A stretch of 64,000 nucleotides of DNA, taken from Macrostomum lignano (Eukaryota). The notes under the pieces were generated by a model, which had not been told where the DNA came from, searched no databases, and saw only the letters and a program-made list of their open reading frames with translations. Positions 13,361 to 26,014 of this stretch are shown here, one piece after another (positions within the stretch are counted from its first letter, which is position 1; every line of letters starts with the position of its first letter). Made by a program: the position numbers and the translations under genes. The DNA lies in the NCBI GenBank assembly GCA_002269645.1, contig NIVC01003303.1:41123-105122 (forward strand), in the 5' to 3' direction.

Positions 13361-13938
13361 CATACTCAGGATCATGTCATATATGCCAGAAATTTCCAGT
13401 GCACATTCAGGACAGCTGGCGTATACTTGGCTTACAAAATTTTTGAAAGGGTCTTCTGGCATACACCTTGGCATATATACAATTGGCGCACCCTACATGG
13501 CGCACACACATGGCACACACTGCATGGGGCATATACATGGTACACACATCACTGGAGAAAGCTGTGCCATGGCTACTGCAAGAGACAAAATCAAAGAAAA
13601 TAAAATACATGAAGCGTGAAATTTTGCACAAAGTTTAACAATGATTTTGCAAATATATTGTAATGACAATTGACAACAGTTGCTTTATTTGAAATATTCT
13701 TTAAATTGTGTTTTACTTCTTATTTTTATTCTTTATTTTTGAAATTAAAAACATAAATCTTCAAAATTTTAATTTATAATCTTTACTTGCAATTACGCAT
13801 TTTTTTACATTAGGATTAAGATTTAGGACTGGTAGGCCTATACCTGGCACACTTGTGCATTTTGGCTAGCGTACCTGGCGAATACCAAAAAAATTTTGGG
13901 GTGGCTTCTAGCGCACACATAGCATGATCCTGACTATG
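13361..13938. mobile_element. Non-autonomous TIR element (MITE) with 10-bp TSD, Mutator-like by TSD length
   Basis: TIRs CATACTCAGGATCATG / CATGATCCTGACTATG (1 mismatch); identical 10-bp flanks GGGCCTAGGC at 13351-13360 and 13939-13948; subterminal TGGCRCA-like repeats. Confidence 0.85.
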
Positions 13939-16676
13939 GGGCCTAGGCCTATCTGACTGAGCATTTTGCATTTATCAGGGCCCTAGTTTAAACATACCAC
14001 TAACCACTAGGCTTCTTGTTTAATTCAGGCATAGGCTATACACATACAGATATAGGCCCATCTATGCCACCAATAATTTTATTATAAAATTATAAAAAAA
14101 ATAGATAGGGCCTAGTCTGTGATCCTACATTTCAGTTCTGAATTAAAACATTAGCAGATTAGATTGTGATTGCAATGATGCCAATTTATTTTAAATAAAC
14201 CATAAAAATGAAGTCAATATTTATGGACTGGAGTTGTACAGAACTCAAGGCCGACTAAAATCGATGAGACTTGTTGATCGTTGCAGGTTAATTAGGACTC
14301 AGTTAGCCAAGTCAGTCGAGTTCACTTTAAAAATCACCTTTGCCCTTTGCGCTGTTTTAAAGTAGGGCTTAGTAGTAGCTGTACTAAGAGTTTTGGCTCC
14401 GGCAAATAGCCTGTTTTTAATTCCTATGCCAATGTTCAATTCGAAAAGGAAGGTTTATGAGTTATGATAAAATTCCGATGTTTGTAAAAAATATAGTTTT
14501 TTGAAAGCGCGTCTGATATTTTACATCTTCGGGCGTCGGGACGAAGAATTCTAATCTAATATTATAAAATTCTAAGGATTTTTTAATTTTGAAAGTGTGC
14601 AAAACAATTTTGTTTTGCTACATGATTTACTTTCTATTCACTAACGGAAAGTAGTACGTAGAAAGTTTAAATAGCAAGTTAATGTGTGTGAAATGAAATG
14701 CGTAGCATTTAAATTTAACATCAAGAAGGACCATTGTAGTTGAAGGACTCGGCACTCACGAAGCACGGAAAAAGTTTTTAAGGGCTGATTTTCGAAGCTT
14801 GATGCTGCCTCTTCAGATACAGATATTAAGATGATTATAGTCATCCTTGTTTACAATGTGGGTGTTTTTAAGCTGTATAGTTGTCTTACTGCTAAAGGTA
14901 TTATTTTTTCTGGATAGAGCATTATTAAATTTTGTGTCATCTTACCTTTTCTTCTAGTAACGGCATCTATTAAAGCTAAAATTTAGTTTATTTGCTTAAA
15001 CTGCTATAAATACATGTTCATTTTGTATTTATATAATGTAGCCTTATTTTGCTTGATGCATATAAGGATATTAGATCAAGCAACTGCGTTCAACATATAT
15101 TAACGTCGACCCACAAATAGGTACATGTAGTGTAAACGAGATAGATCGTGTCATTGTAGTCGGGGCATAGAGAGTATTATATTTTATTAATACTACGTTG
15201 TATAGGGTTTCATTAATACCTGGTATAGGTAATAAGAAAGTCATACGCATCATGCTAGCCAATCAGCCAATCATTCTACTTCAATTCACAGTGGTGCGCA
15301 ACCATGGGCGTCACCATCCTGCATGGGGAGGGGGACGAGTGAGAAATTCTCGGTATTACGAGTTGGGCCGAAAGGAAGACGCACATCGACAGAATTGGCT
15401 GCGCCGACGGAATCGGAGGAGCTGAGCTTGATCGTGTCCGGAGAGTTACTCGTCGAATCTCCCATCTGAACAACTCATCACGCATTTAGCCATCATCAGA
15501 GAAGTTTTAACAGACAAAGCGTCGCTTATTTCTACGCTACCGAAGTCGACATGGTTGATCATGGCGGTTAATGCGATTTCATCGGTCTCGTCGGCATTTC
15601 CTCTCGTGATCATGGACCAGTAATTCGAAATTTGTGTAGGGGACAGATATGTTGTACTCTATTATTCTACCTTGCGCGTTGCGCCTTTGTCTATTTATAA
15701 TATACATCAAACTAATGCACGTTGCTCTCGGAGCAAACCCTAGCTTAGATCTCAAATATAAGTATCTCGTATGAATTGCATTCAATGGCCAAGTGGGGCT
15801 AAACTCAAAAAATTCTACTGGCCTGTCGTCCACTACTATATGTACAGTTGCTGTTGTCATTATTTGTTCAAACGCATGCAGACTCAAATTTGTAAGGATA
15901 AAAGTAGGGTAGGAACTATATAGGCGAATTGGGCGAAATAGGATAAAATTGAATGGCCTACGACAACTTGGTGGCATCTTGGTGACTGATTGACTGACTG
16001 ACTGACTTAAATTAAGAAATTAAGCTATTGTAGAACAACAGAAATGGGCAAATAGTCAAAGCCTACAATAGTACAAGCAGTGCATGGCAAAGCTCCCATT
16101 AATTTCAGACAATATCATGCGAGGCGGCAATTGACTCAGGTGGTTGACAGGCGGAGACAGCCGGTCGCAGAATTCTAAATGAGCCCGGCGCGGAGGCCGC
16201 TCCAGGGGAGGAGCTGCGATCACGTCCGGGGCCGACGGCCAACCCCGACAGGCGTAGCAACGGAGGGGTGGACATGTGAACCGGCCCGCACAAGAGGACT
16301 GCAAAGGAGCGCAGAACTGAGCTTCCCACAGATGCTCTAACTCAACCAGAGTAAAACCGTGGAGTCTAACCGCCTAACCCTCGCCCCCGTAGTAACGGGC
16401 ATGTCTAGTGCTTATTTGATTGCATCCGCTTCTGTGTAAACCCTGCCATCGTTAGGTAAGCTGTATCCCACCTCATCGGCAGCGGGGGGATGAGTTTTCA
16501 GAGAATTTGTAGACAACTCATTTAATATACACGATCTTGAAGCCCAAAGAGGCAATGCTTGTTTTGAGATCTAAAGTGTGACGTCAACGAAAAGCATCTC
16601 AGGTTTTGTTGTCTGTTCCACCGCTGTCTGAAGGCAGAAGATAACCGGCGTTTAGAACATCGAAAACATCGTGTTA

Positions 16677-16689
16677 TATGACTGACTGG

Positions 16690-16724
<35 letters not shown>

Positions 16725-16869
16725 GCTGACTGACTGACTGACTGACTGACTGACTGACTGACTGACTGACTGACTGACTGACTGACTGACTGACTCACTC
16801 ACTCACTGACTGACTGACTGACTGACTGACTGACTGACTGACTGACTGACTGACTGACTGACTGACTGA
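16677..16869. repeat. (GACT)n microsatellite
   Basis: Direct; a short (GACT)n run is also present at ~15985-16008. Confidence 0.97.
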
Positions 16870-17141
16870 CACAGACAAATTAGATACATTGCATGGTTAA
16901 TGCAAAGAGAAAAGAGAAAAGTAAAAAGCTTTTGCTGCCATGCACGGTAGAAATTTGTTTATTTTATATTTGGGCATTAAGATAATAACAAATTTTTTAG
17001 AGTAGCTTGTTTTAACAAGTTCTTTAAAATTCAAAATAGAATAGATTTATAAATAAACTATTGATTGGAGTCATTTTTAAAACAATCGGCTTTTTCTCTT
17101 GTTTCAATATTATCTGAAATCTGATTATTCTCAGAGATTTC

Positions 17142-17859
17142 TCAGAACACCTTGACGAATCTGCTCCAGGCGGGGTCCTTCTCGATGGCGTCACCAACAC
17201 TGGAATCCGAGTAGTCCAGCATGCGGCAGAGCCCTGCGTCCGTGTTCACCAGAGCCGCCCGGCACTCCCAGCGGGAGGCGCACGCGTCCAAACAGGTGAA
17301 CTGCTCCTCGATCGTGATGTCGGTGTAGCAATAAGTTGGCGTGATCTCCCCCAGCTGCAGGAACTCGGACCGTTTAAACACGCCGCTATTCGGGGTCTCG
17401 ATCGGCTGGCACAGACAGAGCTTCGTCCCGCCAGACGTGGCGTCCATGATTCCCGACTGCCGAATCGCCAGTCCGTCGTCGCTATCGTTGATGTCGTCTG
17501 GACAGTCGTCCGACCAGTCTTCGTCGCCGAGCACGGGGAACTCGGTGCCGTTGGTCATCAGCCAGCCGGTTCTGTTGCGGTACCGCTCGACCAGAAAATC
17601 GGTGCCGCCCAGCCACAGCAGCCTCGGCCACAGGTGACGAGCAGCCCGCGCCCGCTCGATCCCGAGCGCCAGCTCTCCGTTGATGCCGTGGCAGAACCTG
17701 GCCGCGTCGCACCATGCAGGTCCTCTTGATGTCCGAGAGGTTCCAGAACAGGCAGAATCCATTCAGAGTGGTGTAGGGCGGCGGGCAAGCGAACAGAGGG
17801 TAACTGCAGATTACAGCAAATGCGAAGCTTGCAAAGAGCAGGAGGCCTTTCTTAGCCAT
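17142..17859 (-). pseudogene. Single-exon secreted C-type lectin + PAN/apple protein with a 4-bp frameshifting insertion at ~17714-17718
   Basis: Signal peptide MAKKGLLLFASFAFAVIC; CPPPYTTLNGFCLF, then after removing 4 nt TWCDAARFC...LWLGGTD...W...PDD...KLCLCQ (CTLD); C-terminal TCLDACASRWECRAALVNTDAGLCRML (PAN). The two ORF-track frames overlap at the insertion. Confidence 0.8.
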
Positions 17860-18526
17860 TGCTTGCAGTTGGTCCTGTTCGGCGTCAGAGGCATGTCTTG
17901 TCGGAATGGGTTCCGACAAACGCTATTTAAGCGCTTCTTCTAGCAACCAGCAGATTTCCCTGAGCAGATAAACGATTCAGCAACTTAATCGCGATAAGGA
18001 GAATGCATGGGACCTAAAGCAAAACCTGGGTTTTGCGATCCAGTCTGATTTTTTGAACAGTTCAATTTCAATAGAGACAATGAGGCTGTTTGAAATCATT
18101 TTGTCGGCATCGGTAAACAGCAAAGCAGCTTAATTTATAAAATAAAATCCAGCTCGATCGCTTATCTATCTTGCTCTATAGAATTGGAAAAAATATTCGA
18201 TTTTAGAGGATTCAATTCCAATAAAATAGTTTTTATATTTCACGTACTGGGAGCAGATTAAATCCAGTTAAACACTGCTGAGAATTCGTCAAATGAAATT
18301 ATTCAGAGATGAATTAGCTTAATGATTAATTAGCTAAAGCATGAATTAGATTAGGGATGAATTAGCTAAGGGATGAGTTAGATAGATAGATAAATAGATA
18401 GATAATGCGAAATGAAACCACGCACACAGTTGAAGCAAATTCACAATTTCTTTAACTCTAAGAAAAGAACCGAATTTTCGACCTAAACAGGGTCTTCGTC
18501 AGGGTATATTGTAAATAAAAAACTGT

Positions 18527-18530
18527 AGAT

Positions 18531-18613
<83 letters not shown>
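18527..18613. repeat. (TAGA)n microsatellite
   Basis: Direct. Confidence 0.97.
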
Positions 18614-18614
<1 letters not shown>

Positions 18615-18885
18615 CAGAAAACAAATTTGCTCTCATTGGGCCGTCTGCTGAGCCAGTAGTTGTTTGTCGCTGAGTTGCTGCTAATAATGGTCAAAAGAAG
18701 AGTTTCTGCTTTTATTGTGCAGCCCTCTTAGCCCATGAACGCATATTTGTTTCAAAAATTGCCTTTTTGCTGAAACAAACCATTTCAACTTCCTTTGATA
18801 GCTTATCTTTAGATCCTGGCACTGGAAGAACGAAGATTAAACCCAGTCGCATCATTGATTATTTAGTACAAATTTATCCGCCTAA

Positions 18886-20561
<1,676 letters not shown>

Positions 20562-21764
20562 TTATTGGCAGCGTCTGATAAAGCAGTTACAATGAAGAAA
20601 ATAACGATTTTTGCTATATGATTCCAAACGGTTGTGTAATACTGACTATAATTATACGAGGGGTCACAGAAAAGTCTATAAAACCCCAAAATCACTACAC
20701 TGTCTCTAGTGCCTATATGTTCATGACTCATTCATTTTATCGTGTAATAAAATAATCAATGAAAAGCAACATGTACTTTTGATTGTCTTGATTGTGGAAC
20801 TTTATTGACTACTGATAGTATAACATCTAGCAAATGCAAAATAGGTAAATGATTTTACTGTGTAAATTGAATTCAACTAAACAAAGGACGCTTGCAACAA
20901 ATGCAATGAAGTATAGAAACAGAAGCTCCTTCTAGCAATGTACTGCAATGCATAACTTCAATGAGAGCAATGATTTGAGTACCATTGGGTTTAGGGTATT
21001 TCGTCTAATGAATTTTCGTCCGGATCACTTTGTCCGCTACGTCTGGTCCAGATAGGACCCATATTCCAAGATAAATCTGACGGATCAAATACAGTTTCAA
21101 TGTGACTAAGGACTTTTACAGACTACATGTTATCTCGTGTCGTTTTAATGATTTCACTAAACAATGATCGTTAAATATAAAAATTCGATGATTTATAACA
21201 AACTTACTTGAATGTAACGATCGTGATGCATTAAGATCATCTTCGGTAACTTTTCTCTTCAATCAAACCAAATGTGCTGTAACTACTTATCATCTTTTTC
21301 CGATTGGAGTTGAAACATGATTGATCGAAGAGACGAAGGGAAGTCGTATAATCGATTGTAGCTTCAATTCTTCTAACCAAAACTGCATTGTCTTCAAATA
21401 GAATCTTGTCAGCTGTAGTTTTGTCTGCATCGTTAGTAAAAAAGAATTAACCAAAAGCAATGTTGATACACATGCTGCAGAGCCAATGTAGGCCTAAAGT
21501 GCATGTATTATAAAACAATAAGGTTGAAAATCCTACTAGAAACTGCTAGACGAGACTACAAGAATTACCTTGTCGAAAGATACCAAAAGATGTCAACAGA
21601 GCAGTAAACTTCACTAAAAACTATAATTAATTAGTAGGTTGAGTTGTAAATAACTTCAAGTTTTAAGGGACATCAGCTTCATCCGTAGAAGGAAGTGGTT
21701 TTATCTGATCGTTAAAGGAGAAAATCCCATCATCTAGTTGAACCTCGGACATGCGTTTTCATAT

Positions 21765-21905
21765 TAGAGGCAGGGGGGTTGTGTGCACCCTGGCGCATTT
21801 TAAGCGACATTGGCACACAACCGGCGAGAGGCATTACTGCCCATTCCGCCGACTCCCCTGAGCAGGCACACAAGCACAGAGTGCCGCGCTGGATCACTGG
21901 GGCTA
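21765..21905 (-). mobile_element. SINE family 2, 3' fragment
   Basis: Near-identical to 25830-25935 (TAGAGGCAGGGGGGTTGTGTGCACCCTGGCGCA...CCCCTGAGCAGGCA). Confidence 0.75.
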
Positions 21906-23050
21906 GGCCCCCTCAGACAGGCGTATAGAGGTTGTACGTCGAATTGGATGTAAGACTCTATGCTCATTGCCATACAAAAGTGGGATCCGGCAGAAAGAAA
22001 CTGCTGATTGTGACAAGATGATTCCATGTCAGACTCCCTTTTAGATTTAAAAAAGCAAAAATAAACACAAAAATTAAGGTCTTGACAAGTAGGGGGCCTT
22101 AGCCCAGCCCAATAAAAAAATAAGGTCTTGACAATGATAGAGGGACACAACTAATGTTTTAGAACTTAAAATTGCGTTCATCTTCGCAGACTACTCAGAC
22201 GCTGCCGAGAACTACTCAAGAACGGCGACGCAGCGGAAGCAGCTGCCGCCGATGAAGCCGGCCAGGCCCCCGCTCGGTCCGAACAGAAGGCAGTCGCCGT
22301 TTCCAGGAATGACCAAAGCAAACAGGCAGGCCGGCTGCGCCGTGCACTTGAAGATGCAGTCCAGCCGAGGGCTCTTCAGGCCGGACCATCGGGTCAGGAG
22401 GGCGCTTGATGCAGCTGGGAAGCTGGACTGAGCACTGCTGACGCACAGGGAGGCTCCCTTAGCCACTGAAATTGCATCAGACTCACGATTTAGCAAAACT
22501 TGTGATTTTTATCGACACTACTCATAAATATTTTCACAAGTATGTCGATCTGCTCTCACTTGCTAAGATATCGATTTCGAATATGTTGAGGTACTGATAA
22601 AGTGGAACGAGGCCAGTGATGTTCTTGTAAATAGCGAAATACCTGCCCACAATGGGCTTGGAACAGTTGACTTTGATCGGGTTGTCAGCAACAGTGGGCA
22701 CATCCGTGTAGTAGAAGCACAGTTGGAACAGGTGTGAATTGAATGCAGTCCACACGGCGGGGTTGTTTGTCACACCTGTGGTGGCAGAGGTGGGATAGCG
22801 ACAACTTCAAAGTCTTAAAAAGAAATTAAATAGGTTAGGTAGGCAGGCAACCGAAAGTTGAAAATTCATATCTTAGCACTTATTCTGAAACATGTCTCTA
22901 ACGAGTTCAACTCGATATCCAGAAATTATTTTAGCTGTAAACTAAAATACACTAGCAACCTTCGCCCCCGGGAGGCAAGGCAACAAAGAAAGGAATAAAC
23001 TCTTTAATAAACTACAAGTAGCTTTTGAAACTGTACGGTCACTATTACCT

Positions 23051-23272
23051 GAAGGCTGCGTACGGCTGTTCAGTCCAAGGACTGGGGGGTCATCACACAC
23101 ACTAAATTACCAATTTACCCCAGCTACTGCTGGCACCCATTTTACAGCTGGGTGAACTGAAGCAATGCAGAGTTAGGCGTCTTGCTCGAGGACACAAATC
23201 GTTCCGAGTGGATCGAGAATCGAACCCCTAACCTTTCAGTCGTGAGTCAGACGCTCTGACCACTAGGCTGTA
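23051..23272 (-). mobile_element. tRNA-derived SINE family 1
   Basis: Minus strand has A-box/B-box head (TAGTGGTCAGAG...GGTTCGATTCTC), central CAGTTCACCCAGCTGTAAAATGGGTGCCAGC and tail GTCCTTGGACTGAACAGCCGTACGCAGCCTTC; four copies in the window. Confidence 0.85.
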
Positions 23273-23611
23273 GCCTCTACCAATTGCTGAGATATCAAGG
23301 CTTATTGGGAGGTGTAACGAACCATGGTTTGATTGCTGAAGTGCTGTGGCTCATGGTGGGTTGCTCGATCAGAAGCCTTGAGCAAAAGCTCAAATAGGAT
23401 GCTGATATCTTAGGCTAGGTATAGCTGAATTTCATATCGGAAGCATTTTGCTTTAAACATCATTTTCCTTAATAAATTAGCAATAAAAATGTTCAAAATC
23501 AAATTCAACATTCAGTTTGTTTTCTCATCCTAAATATTTTCGCCTCCTGAAACTTGTTACGTTAAGCGTTTACTAAATTAATAGTACATTAATACCCATG
23601 CTTTAAGGGCG

Positions 23612-25072
23612 TTAAGACAGCTTTAAGACAGCTGGGAACTCGCTGGCGATGTCCACGTTGGCAATTCCGATGTTGGCATCGTGAGGCTGGAGTCGCACTT
23701 GGATGCCCAGCTTCTGCATCAGATCGCGGCCGACGATATTTTCGCCCGACCTAGTGACGTGAAAGTCGTGTTGCAGTTCTTGGCTGCAGTACTTGACACA
23801 GACTGTTGCGAGCCCCGCGACGGCGATCTTCTTCCCGCCGTAAGCTCGTGGCTGTACTGTCGATGGCTTTAGATTGATGTCGCTCAGACTTCTCGCCGTA
23901 GCCTCGTTGAGCAGAGAAACTTTGGCGCGGCAGTCGACCATCAGGCTGACAGTCTTCGAGCAGGTGCCCAGCTGAAGCTCGACTCGGATCTCGTCGCTGC
24001 CATGCACCGCTTAGATCATGACCGTCTCGTCTGCGCTGACTTGGAGTGCCTTGCTGCGGCAGCATCGACTGAAGTGGTTCAAATCCCCGCAACTGTTGCA
24101 TTTCTTGCCGTGCGCGGGACACTTCGCCTTGGCCTCGTGGCTCCGTCCGCATCGGGTGCAGGAGCTTTTGGCTGAATGCTGCGACCTGCTGTCTGGCGGA
24201 GCGCTGCCGGGGCCCTGTCGCCTCGCTGCCTGCCGCACCGTCTGGACGCTCCCAAAGGAGCTGGTCGCCGCCATCGCCTTGCTGCCTGCCGCCGCGTCCT
24301 CGATCGTAGTCGCGATGACAACTGCTTGCTCTAGTGTCAGCCTGGCGGCGTCCTTCGTCAGAAGACGCTCGCGTATTCGAGTGCTGCTGGTCTTATGGGC
24401 AAGCTGGTCGCGGATCATTTCGTCTGCCAGAGGTCCGTAGCTGCACGTGGCTGATAGCTCTCGTAGCCCTGCGACGAACGTGACTGCGTCTTCGCCCGGC
24501 AGCTGCTGTCGCTCCCTGAATCGATGACGCGCCAACATCACATTTGGTCGGTCACCAAATACCGTCGTCAGCTGATCGGGGTTTGCCAGAAGGTATGACC
24601 GTCAACAATCGCGTTTCGGGCCCTTGCAATCCGCTGCCCCTCGAAGCCGAGAAGTGCAGTAGATGGTTCCTGCACACCGTCACCAGTCGCGTAGCCTCAT
24701 CAATCGGGGCTTCTTCTCCTGCCGGTCGGGGTGTCCAGATTTTGGCTGCTTGGCAATAGAAGTCGAATGCGTCCAGCCATCTGTTCCATGGGACCGCCGG
24801 TGATCCGCTTGTTGGCAGAAATGGTGCAGGTGGGCTAACGTTGAGAGCCATCTTAGTCGATCCTCGTCGCCAGTTGTTGTGTAGCCAAGACTTGAGGTTT
24901 CCAGTTGTAGTTGAAAGTAAAGTGCCAGTTGCGCACAGTTGCTTTATTTATATTTTAGTCACCTTAGAAAAACTACATGATCGATATTCTGTCCACACTA
25001 GAAAACTACACGATCGATAAATTAAAGAGCCAGAGATATCACGTGATCAATAAATAATACATTATACGGACA
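23612..25072 (-). mobile_element. 5' fragment of a second Mag-like Gypsy element (LTR, PBS, gag, protease; truncated before RT)
   Basis: Putative LTR ~24875-25072 (TGTCC...ACAACA); PBS TGGCGACGAGGAT (tRNA-Ser type) at 24860-24872; gag WNRWLDAFDFY, RHRFRERQQLPGE, CTRCGRSHEAKAKC / CNSCGDLNHFSRCC; protease LMVDCRAKVSLL; frameshift near 24545; no 3' LTR. Confidence 0.88.
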
Positions 25073-26014
25073 ATTTATCAACTACTCTACTGAAAGTGGC
25101 AGTATAAGTAAAATACAATAATAATAATATAGTTAGCAGTTACGTTATACCATACTATATTAGAAATCTCAGCGTAACAATATTATCATTTAGTTGACCC
25201 GTCAAGTTACACGACACAACACCAGGTAGCTTAATTACCTGGCCGGAGTTTTTGGCAGGGCGGAGGGAATTAGAGTACTTAAGTAAGTACAAATAGATTA
25301 GGTCCAAATCAAGACAATAAGCAAAGACTAAAGACCAACTTCACTCACCAAAGCCGGTTCCAGACACGAGCACCGAACACGGCGTGCGGCTGATCCATGT
25401 CCAGCATCACCCACGGCATTGGGTCTCCAGCTGCTGAATGAATCATGTATCTATTGGTGACACCATCGTTGACATGGATGGGGTCCGCCGTGCCCGAGTA
25501 CCTTGATGATGTCTGGGCCGATTTGTTCTTGCCAACAAACACCAGTTCGAAGTCAGAGACATGCTGCACAGCTGTGTAATAAAGGTATTTCTTTTGAATG
25601 TAGTAGCTGTTTGATGAATTCAAAAAATCGTAGTTAACATCCATATTTTATTTTAGAAGTATTTTAGACGCTCCACTGCGTGTCCAGGGGCTAGTCAAGG
25701 AAAAAATGATGAGGTTAATCTTGCTAACATTTAGTAGAGGCTGATTTGTCATCCAATTTTTGATGACAGCTCAATTAGCTCCCAAAGGTAAATCCTCTGA
25801 ATCCATGAGCAACCCTTTTTTATTTTTATTAGAGGCAGGGGGGTTGTGTGCACCCTGGCGCACTTTAAGCGACATGGGCACACAACCGGCGAGAGGCATT
25901 ACTGCCCATTCCGCCGACTCCCCTGAGCAGGCATACAAGCGCGCGGATACGTACGCAGGCACACACTCACACAGGAGTGTACAGCGGCCCTAACTTTATT
26001 TTATCGTTAGGCAT

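Noticed and set aside
20985-21000. Telomeric repeat
   Set aside because: Only one or two TTAGGG-like units.
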